Of a stretch of DNA of 64,000 bases, positions 12,965 through 23,994 are shown in pieces. The notes under the pieces are model-generated. The model did no database searches. It worked only from the letters and a program-made list of their open reading frames with translations, and was not told the origin of the DNA. The first letter of the stretch is position 1. Every line of letters starts with the position of its first letter. A program made the position numbers and the translations under genes. Source of the DNA: Eledone cirrhosa (lineage: Eukaryota); the NCBI GenBank assembly GCA_964016885.1, contig OZ024743.1, forward strand, positions 68,262,001-68,326,000. Reading direction: 5' to 3'.

Positions 12965-14658
12965 CTACGTCCTCCTTGAAATCCTTTTTAGTTTTTGGTA
13001 GAGGTTCATTGGGATCTTTATTAGTTTTAAATGTGGGTAGTTTTCTGAAGAAACAAAGTTTACACCTTCGGTTTGTACCGAAGGATTATTGTTTATGAGT
13101 TCATTTAATTTATTATTTTTTCTGTTGATGTAAGTATAGTGTAATGTCTTTTTTTCGGATGGTGTGAGTGTTTCGAAGAGGGGAGGGTCAAGTTTGGTTT
13201 TCTTTGTTGCTGGAGGGGTGTTTTGTGTTTTGTTGGATTGTGTTGACATTTGGGTGGGGGTTGTTTGGCCTTGTGTGTTTTGCACATGTTTTCTTTTTTT
13301 CCTTTTAATCTGTCTGAAGGACTCCGTTTCTTCCTCCGAATTCGTTGGGTTATCTTCAGTGTTGGAGGGAAGAGGTATGTTTGCTGGTAATGTTTCCGTG
13401 TTGATTTTCTTTGTGGGGGAGATGGATGTCACTATGTTAGACTGTGTTGTGTGTTGTGGCTGCGGTGGTTGTGTTGTTTTATTGAGTGAGGGGTTGGGTG
13501 GGACTGAGTTTTGTTGTTTGTTTATCTGTTGTGGTGGTGGTGGTGGTGGAGCTGGTGTTGGTAGCAGGGTTTTCTTTTTGTTGAGTTGGGGACAAACCGC
13601 CTTCAGGTGCCCTCTGCCTCCACAGATATGACAGGACGGCCTTCTCCCCTCCACGCTAATGTTTATATACCCGTGGCCCTCTAATAGGATTCTGTCGGGT
13701 ATTTGGGCGATGCGTTCAGGCTTCATTTGCACTACAAGCTCTATACCTGTTCCACTGAACGCATTGCCTGTGGTTTTCCCAATGGAAATCACGTTGTCAT
13801 TCGCTGGATCGATGAAGCCAGCTATGAGCCAGCAGTAGTCCACATATGGCATCATTGCATCCAGCCATATGCGTTGAGTTCTTTTACCCATATAAGATGG
13901 ATAAAAGGTAAACATTTTCTAACGAATCGGTGACAAAGCACATTTTTTTGCCGTCGATTCGTTCTTCATAATAATCGCTAGGCTTCCATACAGTCTGTCT
14001 TTTCTTATGAAAGTGGTTTCATTAAGTACTTCTGTGAGTACTGTTTTGATTTCTGTTTGAGTTGGCTGTTCAGGTTTTTTTGAAGTGTTGTTGATGGTGC
14101 GGAAAACGACCGTTCGACTCTCAATGTCTTTGGTGAGTTCTTGAGGCACATTTACCGATAAAATACCATTCTCTCTTTCAGTTATATATTGTTTGGCGTC
14201 TGCAATTCTTTGTGCCACATCTGAAATATTTTCAGGTATATATGTCAAAGATTTCTTTGTTGTTTGTGCAAATGAAATCTTATTGGTGTTGACTTTGTCG
14301 TCTGCTTTGCTTTCTGTTATGATGTTGTTTTCAAATGTTATTTTTGTGTTTGTTGTGTCTTTGTTTGTGGTATTAATATTGTCATGCAATTTTTCAAATT
14401 TTTTTTTTTCGTGTTGGAATCCATGTCCAGATTTGTGTTTTCGTCATTTTTCTCCGCAGATTCGTCTGTTTTTATTTTATTTTTTCCTTCCTTCTCTATG
14501 ACGTTAGTTGGGAAGGAAGGGGGGGGGACTAAAGCGTGCGAGCTTACAACTCTTACCGCTGTCCCCCCACCACTATTTTCGTTAGCTTCGTTTAACATTT
14601 CTGTCAGACGATTGAAATTTTTTTTGTGCCACAAAATTTTTAAAAACAGGTTTTTCAC
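12965..14658 (-). pseudogene. LINE ORF1 (gag-like zinc knuckle), disrupted
   Basis: CHICGGRGHLKAVC knuckle followed by a Pro/Thr/Lys-rich tail. In-frame stop at 13919-13921 and a frameshift in the A-run near 14400. Confidence 0.85.
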
Positions 14659-15092
14659 CCCTAGGAGGGGTAAAGATGAGCTGACCCACCGCCTGACAGT
14701 TCAGACGGGGGGTCAAGCTACACAATAGTATCAAAATTAAAATTGAACTTACAAAATTTCCGCAATAAATTTGAACAAAACTTCTGCGCGAAGTGAATTA
14801 CATCTACGCTGTAGAACAGACGACAGCTAGATTGTATATATTTAGATAGATAGATAGATAGATAGACATATGTGTGAGTACGTGTGTGTGTGTATGTGCG
14901 TAAGTGGGTGCGTTTAGGTGTATGTATGATTATATATAGAGAGAGACACAGAGAAAGACTATGAGAAAGAAACCAGTCGAATGTTGAATAATATTATAAC
15001 AACCTTAGTTAGAATAGTTAAGTACACACACACTCAAAAATATTATAAATATACATATATATATGTATATATATATATAAATATATATATAC

Positions 15093-15169
<77 letters not shown>

Positions 15170-15238
15170 TACATATATATACATATATATATATGTACAT
15201 ATATATGTATATATATATATACATATATATATATATGT

Positions 15239-15336
<98 letters not shown>

Positions 15337-15395
15337 GCCTACATATCTAGATTATAGAGAGATAGATAGTTACACACACACAATCACAAATTCAG

Positions 15396-15479
<84 letters not shown>

Positions 15480-15480
15480 T

Positions 15481-15512
<32 letters not shown>

Positions 15513-16078
15513 GGATATACGTTTCCTCTCTGAATGGAAGAATAATTATTATATCATAAAATCTCGGAAACTTTGGTGATGCATTAACACTCCTAATCAG
15601 ACGCAAATACATCGCTACATGCAAGCACGCACTTACGTATATATATACGTATATATATATATATATATATACACACATGCATATTAAATATATATATATA
15701 TATAAAGAGAGAGAGAGAGAGACACACAAATAAGTATATATATATATATATATGTGTGTGTTTATGTATGTATGCGTATTGGCTTACACGAATGTGCTGT
15801 CTAATTTGTGAAGGTAGTTTTTCATATGAAATCGGATATATCTTATGGCATCTCATTAAATACGTGAGTAAATCACCTAGACGTATTTAAATGTGATACA
15901 GAGGAAAGAAAGAATACATTTTCACATCAGACGTATTTAAGATCGCTTTATTTTGTACAATGACAGAATGATTGGCACTGAACATCATGTGGAGGCATGG
16001 TGTTCAATTGACGCAATTTGTCATCTTGTGTTACGTGTGTATATATATATATATATATATATAAATATGTATATATAA

Positions 16079-16109
<31 letters not shown>

Positions 16110-16301
16110 GGAAAATGTTTGACCCCGACGGCAGAGCTCAAGCCGTTTCGACGACTATTTCTAGGTCCAGAAATAGCCGTCGAAACGGCTTGAGCTCTGC
16201 CGTGGGGGTCAAACATGTTCCTATTACCCACTCTACTACCCTAAGTATTGAGTATTCTGATGATTTATGGTCTATCTGGTTCCTTACCACACCTCCTTCG
16301 T

Positions 16302-16303
<2 letters not shown>
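16110..16303 (+). mobile_element. Short hairpin-plus-tail copy of family K (half hammerhead)
   Basis: Palindrome at 16110-16221 containing GTC-GAAA-CGGC...GCCG, then the tail TATTACCCACTCTACTACCC...CCTTCGT. (TA)n flanks. Confidence 0.8.
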
Positions 16304-16347
<44 letters not shown>

Positions 16348-16354
<7 letters not shown>

Positions 16355-16642
16355 AAAATAACAGGAGGCTGGACTTGTGTAAATCCTTGAAAGGTTTATT
16401 ATACTATGATCATTTCAATGACCGGGTTCTTATGATCATAGTATAATAAACCTTTCAAGGATTTACACAAGTCGAGCGTCCTGTTATTTTATTATAATAA
16501 TTAACTCCGTACTCACACCACCAAGTACACAAACGAAGACGGTTGAGCTGCTTTACGTTGACTACTCTCCATATTATTACATCAAGATTGACCATACGGA
16601 ATGACCAACTCACTCTTTCCAGTGGTGAACCTTCAAACCTAA

Positions 16643-16645
<3 letters not shown>
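16348..16645. mobile_element. Hairpin (16348-16495) plus tail element of another family
   Basis: TAATAAAATAACAGGA...ATACTATGATCAT / ATGATCATAGTAT...TCCTGTTATTTTATTA, followed by a unique tail up to (TA)n. Confidence 0.7.
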
Positions 16646-16676
<31 letters not shown>

Positions 16677-16680
<4 letters not shown>

Positions 16681-16866
16681 AATGATTCAGGACCCCGACG
16701 GCTGAGCTCCGTCCGTTTCGACAGCTCCTGTCGTTCAGACATATCTATCGAAACGGCCGAAGCTCACCTGTCGTCCTGAACCTTTTTCTATTACCCACTC
16801 TACTATCCCATATCGAGTACTTTAGTGAATTATGGTCCACCTGGTTACTACCACAATTCCTTCGTG
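16677..16866 (+). mobile_element. Diverged hairpin-plus-tail copy of family K
   Basis: GACCCCGACGGCTGAGCTC..CCGTTTCGAC arm and the TATTACCCACTCTACTA tail. Confidence 0.7.
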
Positions 16867-16903
16867 TATATATATATGTATATATATATAGGAACAATTA
16901 TTA

Positions 16904-16997
16904 CCCCGACGGCAGAGCTCAAGCCGTTTCGACGGGTATTTCTGGACTAAATAAGAATCTTTAGCCTGGTAAATAAATAGCCAAACTTCTCAAGGGG
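16904..16997 (-). ncRNA. Inverted copy of the U3-A8 variant hammerhead
   Basis: Minus strand: CCCC-TTGAGAA-GTTTGGCTATTT...AAATACCCGTC-GAAA-CGGC..GCCG-TC-GGGG. Confidence 0.6.
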
Positions 16998-17370
16998 AAT
17001 TTCCTTATACTAATTTTTAGTAGCTGTTTTTTCTTTTTCATTTCTCACTATCAATATTGTCTATATATATTTATTTTTAAATAGTTTTATTTTACTCCCT
17101 TTCGACCTACCTATTCTTTCAACCCCCACACCCCCCACCCCACCTTTCTTTTCTCCAGTACAATTTTTTGACCTTTTATACACTATCCTTAGAATCTGCT
17201 GTATAGATTTCACTTTCAACGCCTGACTGAATTTCCCCACTCCCTCTTTGTTCTACCAGCAAGTTCAGTCCCTCCTACCTCCCACCAAATGCCATAATAG
17301 ATTTATCTGTCTTTATAACAAATTTTAACCAATCATCTTGACAATTACTACTTTCCCATATAAGGAAATT

Positions 17371-17464
17371 CCCCTTGAGAAGTTCGGCTATTTATTTACC
17401 AGGCTAAAATTTCTTATTTAGTCCAGAAATAGCCGTCGAAACGGTTTGAGCTCTGCCGTCGGGG
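17371..17464 (+). ncRNA. Type I hammerhead with variant core UUGAGAA (U3-A8)
   Basis: CCCC-TTGAGAA-GTT CGGCTATTT...AAATAGCCG TC-GAAA-CGGT..GCCG-TC-GGGG. Confidence 0.65.
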
Positions 17465-18284
17465 TCATAATTGTTCCTATTACCCACTCTACTATCTTAA
17501 GTATTGAGTACTTTGGTGCGTTATGGTCTATCTGGTTCCTTTCCCCAATTCCTTCGTTATATATATTTCTATATATATGTGTGAGTACTTAAAACAAAGA
17601 AAAGTTAGTCTGTTCTGTTATGTTTGAAATAAGTTTAGATCGTAGCCCGACTATAAGTGATGCTTTATATTTTGTGTATAATGTTGTATTATCCACGGTT
17701 TGGTTTTTCCTGGAATTAATATGCTGTAGATAGAAGTAGTATCGGACCAACTGATCGTATCTCGTCCAGTATTTGAATGCCACTAACTCAGTTCAAGAAA
17801 TTTTCAATATCCGGCTGTAATCGCACATTTCAAAGCTTCTATCGTTCTCAGAATATTTGAAGTAGTGGGCAAATACGACTGGATTGCCTGAAACGAAAAC
17901 GAGGCCTTAACAATTGCAGTATCTTCGACGTATATATGGGTTACCGACATATCAATACTACAGCAACTGAGAATAAGAGTGGATCAGGCCGCAACCCAAT
18001 TGTTAGGTTTTATTGAACAAAATGTGAGAACAACAAATCTATTTTAACTGGAAGATATCGATATAGTTAGAGGATGATGGAGGAGGATAGTTTCTCTGAT
18101 ATTTTCCGACTATCAGATATGATCAAGTACACTGATTATGATTATGTTGACAGTGTATTTAATATGGTGTTGTATGAGTATGCTTGATGACTACAATATA
18201 ATATATACATACCCCCCCCCCCCCCCGCAAAAAAACACACCCATTTTCGTGCTATTAACAAGAGATTTAAAGTTTGGATTCGCA

Positions 18285-18480
18285 GAGTCGGTAGAGCGTC
18301 GGACGAATGATTATCGGGATTTCTTCCGGCTCTTTACTTTCAACGTCGACCTTCATCAACCTGTCCTCTCATCCTATTGAGATTGGTAATATAATATGCC
18401 AGTTATATACTGGGGTAGATGGAATCGATTTTCTCTTTCCTCCAAATTTGCTGGCATTGTGCCGTACGTAGGTAGAAACA
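18285..18480 (+). mobile_element. Degenerate tRNA-derived SINE (main family)
   Basis: GTCGGTAGAGCGTCGGAC head and TTGCTGGCATTGTGCC...TAGAAACA end. Confidence 0.55.
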
Positions 18481-19471
18481 TTGTTATCAATATGATTGAA
18501 GTGAAATAGGCTAGTTTATATACTTGAACATCTAGGCAATAAACTCGTACATTGAGATTATATAAACACTATTGTTGTGTGTGCAAGCCACAACTTAGCG
18601 GCGGAAATTCAGTTTATAAATATACGATTTCCCACTTGAAACAAAATTAAATATATTTTTCTGGCACGAAAATTGTTCTTGTAAGAATGGCGTTGGATAA
18701 TTTAAACTGTACGCATCAATCAATTCAAGTAATATACACTACATCTATTTTATTTAATCGTTTTAAAACAGAACCATGTCTCAATGGTACGTCAATTATT
18801 TATATTCTATATATTTATTTGTAAGAAAAGGATAAGAAAGTGATTTATTTAAAAGCAATCACGTGCGCATTTGCATTGCTAATCGTTAGCTAAATGTTTG
18901 CTGAATGTAGCTCCTGTCTTCGCAGAAATTTCTTCTATATTAATTCTGCTGAAATGATATAAGGAAAATGCTTCTATTATTTGTAGGTGAGAGACAAAAT
19001 GCGTCGTAACAGATGTTGAATTGTGTTTGTAGGATTTTCAAAATTTCAATATGATAGTCGGAAATTGATTTTAACAATGTTATCAAATTTATGCACAAGG
19101 TGAGAAATTTTAAAAGAAAAGAGAAAATACATTACACCAATCCTCCTATTTGATTAGTATTCTATTTTATTAACGTGGTAAGGCTGAAAGCAAAGTTAAT
19201 CACGGCAGAATTTGAACTCAGAACAAAAAGAGCCTTAAAATATAGCTAGGGTTTCGTCCAATGACACAGCCCTAATTAATGTTAATAATAGGCACAGACA
19301 TGGGTGTGTTGTTAGCTGTTCGCTTTGAAATCTTGTAGTTTCGAGTTCAGTTCCACTGACTGTCTCCTCGGGGAAGTTGCTACTATTATCGCTTCTCCTT
19401 AACCTATGAATGTATTTTGGTAAATGGAAGCTGTGTGGAAGCTCGTCGAAAATATATCTATACACACACAT

Positions 19472-19520
<49 letters not shown>

Positions 19521-19522
19521 TA

Positions 19523-19656
19523 TAGGAAAAGAGTTAGGACCCCGGAGCTCAGCCGTCGGAGTCCTGATTCTTTTTCTATTACCCACTCTACTACCCTAAG
19601 TATCGAGTACTCTGCTTCGTTATCATCCAACTCATATCTTCCCACATCGTCTTTGT
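19523..19656 (+). mobile_element. Minimal family K hairpin-plus-tail copy
   Basis: GGAAAAGAGTTAGGAC...GTCCTGATTCTTTTTC plus TATTACCCACTCTACTACCC. Confidence 0.7.
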
Positions 19657-19676
19657 TATATATGTATATATATATA

Positions 19677-20092
19677 TATTGTTATACTTTGGGAAGGTCA
19701 TGGTACCAATAAAAACACATGCACCTGTTGGTTTTCACTTCAATTTATTATAAATTTCCAGTTGGTTGGTTCGATAACTGGATGGTTATGTATATATTGT
19801 TTTTGTGTTAAGAAAACAAGATGGTGTTGTACAGAACAAAGGAGAGACACAAATTAAAAACCCAGTGACTGAGGAGGTCACATAATGTGTGACGAAAGAA
19901 CTTTGGCAATATATAAATATCCATCCGGTTTTAGAACTGAGCAACCAACCGGAAATTTATAATAAATTGAAGTGAAAACCAAATAGGGGCCTGTGAGTTT
20001 ATTGGCAGCATGACCTTCCCTAAGTATAACAATATCTGTTTCAACACACGCTTTCATATAAGAAATCTTGCAAGACAAATTCAAAAACAAAA
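19677..20092 (+). mobile_element. Fold-back element (arms ~19677-19800 / ~19906-20035) with right tail and a degenerate hammerhead core
   Basis: Termini TTGTTATACTTTGGGAAGGTCATG / CATGACCTTCCCTAAGTATAACAA. CTGAGGA-G-GTCACA TAATG TGTGAC-GAAA lies at 19869-19897. The same left terminus starts again at ~63980. Confidence 0.75.
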
Positions 20093-20101
20093 CATATATA
20101 T

Positions 20102-20201
<100 letters not shown>

Positions 20202-20946
20202 GTCTGTGTGTGTGTTATATACTATTACCTCGAACCTTTGTATATATACTGTAACCTCGTAATGTGGCGAGAAAATGATCGCAATATGATTTTGAAAGGG
20301 CGAACAAACCTATAACATAACCAACTTATTCTCAACCTGAACTTCGAGGAGGTTCTAGAGTATTCACTTCTATTACCAAGTTTATTAAACACCTTTATTA
20401 TGGAGTGCCTAGAGACTTCTAAGCCTTAAATAAAAAGAGGATTTGATTTGGGGCAAAAGATCCCCAAATAGTTCTTGTTTTTTTTCCTTGGGAAATGAAA
20501 TGAAATAAAAGTAAGCTATCATTAGATTAGAGAAATGTAACAATGTTTCACAATTTTTCTCGTTGTTATTACAATCTGCCTGTAGCCACTACTCGCTGAA
20601 TTAGTTGGTATTTGAACTCAGAACGCTCATAGCTGAATCAGATACCCTTAAGAATGACACCGTACTACTTAATAAATATGCTAAACCAATGGCTTTCATT
20701 TGGCCCTTTATCTATCGACAAGGAAGTCGGTGGTGTTTGAACTCAGAGCACTATGAGGTGTAACAAATCCCGAGGCATTTAATCGAAGGTATAGCGATTG
20801 TGCTAATTCAGAACTTTTACTTAAAAACAGATATTTTATGCAGTGTCAAACCGCGATAACGAGAACTGGCGTTTTCTAGGAAATGCTTCAATAGTTGGCG
20901 GCCTAAAGCCTTGGTCCTAATTGGGTTTAGAATTGTTAATACTATA

Positions 20947-21850
20947 TCAATCACACCTTACCAACTTGCTGACATTCCGCACAACACTTTTGGTGAATAA
21001 TAGAATTGCATGAATTAAGCTTTGCAAATTTGGAATTTCTTTCAGAAAGAGCAATAAATCATTGTTGCAAGCCATTTTAATAGATGCGGCACCGTATGCA
21101 AGGGTTGATGCAACATCTTCAGGGACTGATACAAATTTTTGAAGTGATAAACTGTCAACATTTGACATTTTTTAAGTAAAATGATTCGTAAATATATCTT
21201 CTCCAATTGTTACCCTGTAATGGCAACATTTTAAACACATTTTCTTTAACAGTGCAATAATGAAACGCCACTGGAATATAAATACACATTTATGCTATAT
21301 CGATAATATCTGTTGATGCATCCATTTAAAATGACATGGAATATTTGGAAGTTGAAATATATTCATGTAATTCTTCACTTATGTCTTCAGACATTGTTTC
21401 AATGCTTGCAGTTAGAGAATTTCTCAACTGCAACCGAATTATTGTATATATTACATCTGTATCGTTTTCAAAATTTACAAACAGCAAATCACAAACTTCC
21501 AGAAACATTTCCTTCTCCAATTTAACATTTTATAATATGTATTTTCTTTTTCTCTATTTTTCTCAATTACTCTCGATACCTGAAATGATGGGTTAGTTGC
21601 AACCAAAGATTTGAAATTGACGATTTAAAAAAAAAAAATGATTGTTACTTTTCCCAACTTGAAATCATTGCTTTTGTTTTCGTTTTTCGCATTTCCGAGG
21701 AGGAAACTGTGTTGTGAATAATTTATGAATAGCATGAAAATGTCTTTCCATTTTGTATCGTTTTGGTATAGTGGTATGTCCGTGGCAAATTAAAGACGTA
21801 CATTTCTCTTTAATCATAACGAACAAAATTCATACTTTACTCTGTTTTAA
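20947..21850 (-). pseudogene. Decayed hAT (Buster/Charlie/GTF2IRD2-like) transposase
   Basis: Minus-strand fragments LIC...MERHF...H, KEMFLEVCDLLF.NF, LQLRN, YSMSF*MDASTDIIDIA*MCIYI (compare F..xDESTD...AQL.xF), TVKE...LPLQG and LIH...L..K. Many stops and frameshifts. Confidence 0.75.
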
Positions 21851-22447
21851 TGACATATCTTTTTTTTTGCTTTTACGTTGTTGGCAATTCATCATTAACA
21901 GTGTATCGAGGCAAAGAGAAAAACAGAGAGATTGTTTCTGTGGGTAATATAATGTTCGTGATATGGAGTTAGAACATCTAATAGTATATAGGATATGTAA
22001 ATTCGTCAAAAATATTGAAGTAAAGTTTTCGATGAATCGCCTTGTCAGTTTTTTATATTTGATTTATATCAAAACCTTTGATCATATTCCGCTATCAAAC
22101 AATATAGATTAACGATGTACATCATAGTGAAATATAGTCTCAGTTATTATTATGGATAACACACTTTAACTATACATAACTTGATAATAATTCATATATA
22201 TTATTGAATGTCCTGTCTGTACCCGGTTCAGAACAGGTACATCGTATCACTGCATTTTGTAAAAGGCGCCACAACCTTTTGACCCCTAGAAAGACATCCA
22301 GTGGTAAAAGATTGTTTCCAAAAGGATGAGAACGAACCTTACATTAGTCCCACAGGATTGGATGCTAATACATATACATATTGAAAATGTGAAACAATGA
22401 TAAAATGAATCATTTTGAAACTGACAAAATCAAAAAGAGGTGAAATC

Positions 22448-22525
22448 TCCTATGTAGGTATGGTGGAGGGCCGGTTTAAAGAACGCTTACTGAATCATTT
22501 GTCGACATTAAGACACCCAGAGAAT
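22448..22525 (+). pseudogene. Remnant of a Penelope-like GIY-YIG endonuclease
   Basis: The frame starting at 22451 reads YVGMVEGRFKERLLNHLSTLRHPE, matching the YIG...FK.R..NH..S motif of PLE endonucleases. The flanks are decayed. Confidence 0.5.
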
Positions 22526-22922
22526 GTTGAGGTTTGCTTGAAGCATTGTGAAATTGTAAAAACCTACAATGCAGATTAATATAACTCTGGGCAACAAGAT
22601 TAGGTGGCAGTAGGAAGAATAGGGATAAAAGAGGAGATGCGAAACGTAGGAAAAATAATTGAGACTATCAACACACGGCCACGGAAATTCCTCTCCGCAG
22701 TCTCCGGGATTCCTTCAGACCCTTAATGATGGATAAGAAACAAGAAATATATCAATTCCAAATTTAACTTCATCTTAGGTTTTTCATTTTCATTTTACAG
22801 TTCTTTTTCCAAATTTCCTCCTCTCCTCCCCTATCCATCTCTGTCCTACTGTCACATGTTCGTGTTACCCGTAAATGTACACATCTGTATTGTAATAGCA
22901 TCCAAAAACAAGAACGATATAT

Positions 22923-23005
<83 letters not shown>

Positions 23006-23085
23006 CTTAAAATAACAGATTCAAGTTTAAGCAAAGAATCGCTGCTTTCACCCTTAACGGGATCTTGTGAAACTAAAAAAATCAA

Positions 23086-23600
23086 TTTGTGTGGTGGACA
23101 ATGTTGAAAGGGTTAAAGACAGACACTCTCCCCTTCGGGGAATCACTGATTAACTTTTACAAGTTTCACTTGAAGAGGAGAATCAGGGTGGAGAGGCAAG
23201 TACTGTCTTCTAGCAATTTTGTTGAAAGGTGGATGAATGTAGCGAGAATGGTCCGAGTGAACAAGACCGTTCTGAATATACGCTTGTAGTTTGAGGAATG
23301 GAAAAATTGAGAGAGGGCGCTTGCCCTGGTGGTCAGGGTGGCCGTGGTCTTTTGTGTGTTTTCGCCACAAGTAATCCAAGGAAATTTCTACCGTATTGGG
23401 GAATTTTTCATTGTTTGAATTTTCATTTTTATTGTTTATATATGTGTTTCTATGTCTTTTTTCTTTTTCGTTTCTTATATAAATAATAAAAATCTTTACA
23501 CGCACAAAACCCAGATCGCACCGTCCTGTACCGTTCTGTGCCGTCTGTAAAGTTTTTCTTGATGTCAGCCCTTGTGGCCAATAAAGAAATCATATTATTA
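23086..23600 (+). mobile_element. 5'-truncated 3' end of a Tx1-like LINE
   Basis: VWWT.LKGLKTD...LINFYKFHLKRRIRVERQVL...RWMNVARMVRVN, ending CTTGTGGCCAATAAAGAAATC plus an ATT tail. Confidence 0.85.
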
Positions 23601-23603
23601 ATT

Positions 23604-23812
23604 GGATTGGCAATATCGGTAGAGTGTCGGATACCATGCTGTGCAGCAAAGAGTTACTGCCCTTTACGATCTGAGTTCAAATCCCGCCGAGGTTAACTTT
23701 GCCTTTCATCCTTACGGGGTCGATCAAATAAAGTACCCGTAATACACTGGGGTCGATTTAATCAAATTTCCCCTCCCAAAAAATTGCTGGCCTTGTGCCT
23801 ATATAAGAAACC
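23604..23812 (+). mobile_element. tRNA-derived SINE (main family) with (ATT)n tail
   Basis: High similarity to 8656-8833. Confidence 0.85.
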
Positions 23813-23848
23813 ATTATTATTATTATTATTATATTAACCATTATTATA

Positions 23849-23985
23849 GGGCGGTGGATTGGCAGTATCGATAGAGGGTCGGACGCCATGCTTTCCAGCA
23901 TAGTTACGTCCCTTTACTATCTGAGTTCAAATCCCGCCGAGGTTGACTTTGTCTTTCATCCTTACGGGGTAGATAAAATAAAGTA
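23849..23985 (+). mobile_element. tRNA-derived SINE (main family), 3'-truncated at the LINE junction
   Basis: GGCGGTGGATTGGCAGTATC...GAGTTCAAATCCCGCCGAGGTTGACTTT...GATAAAATAAAGTA. Confidence 0.85.
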
Positions 23986-23994
23986 AGTATTATT

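Larger units (their letters stand above)
9095..14834 (-). mobile_element. Full-length Tx1-like (L1-clade) LINE, copy 1, inserted in a (GATA)n tract
   Basis: ORF1 plus ORF2, with AATAAA near the 3' end. A 21-bp direct repeat TATATATTTAGATAGATAGAT at 9074-9094 and 14835-14855 is the likely TSD. Confidence 0.92.
16890..17558 (+). mobile_element. Longest family K element: ~120-bp inverted arms, pyrimidine-rich body, ~80-bp tail
   Basis: 16890-17009 is the reverse complement of 17360-17480. The tail is shared with the copies at 16110, 16677, 19523 and 42229. Confidence 0.85.

Noticed and set aside
16694-16742. Minus-strand CTGAAC-GACAG GAG CTGTC-GAAA-CGG...CCG-TC
   Set aside because: The core is incomplete and there is no stem I, because it lies at the inversion junction.
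23849-23940. tRNA-like A/B boxes
   Set aside because: They are SINE heads without a complete cloverleaf, so they are not tRNA genes.
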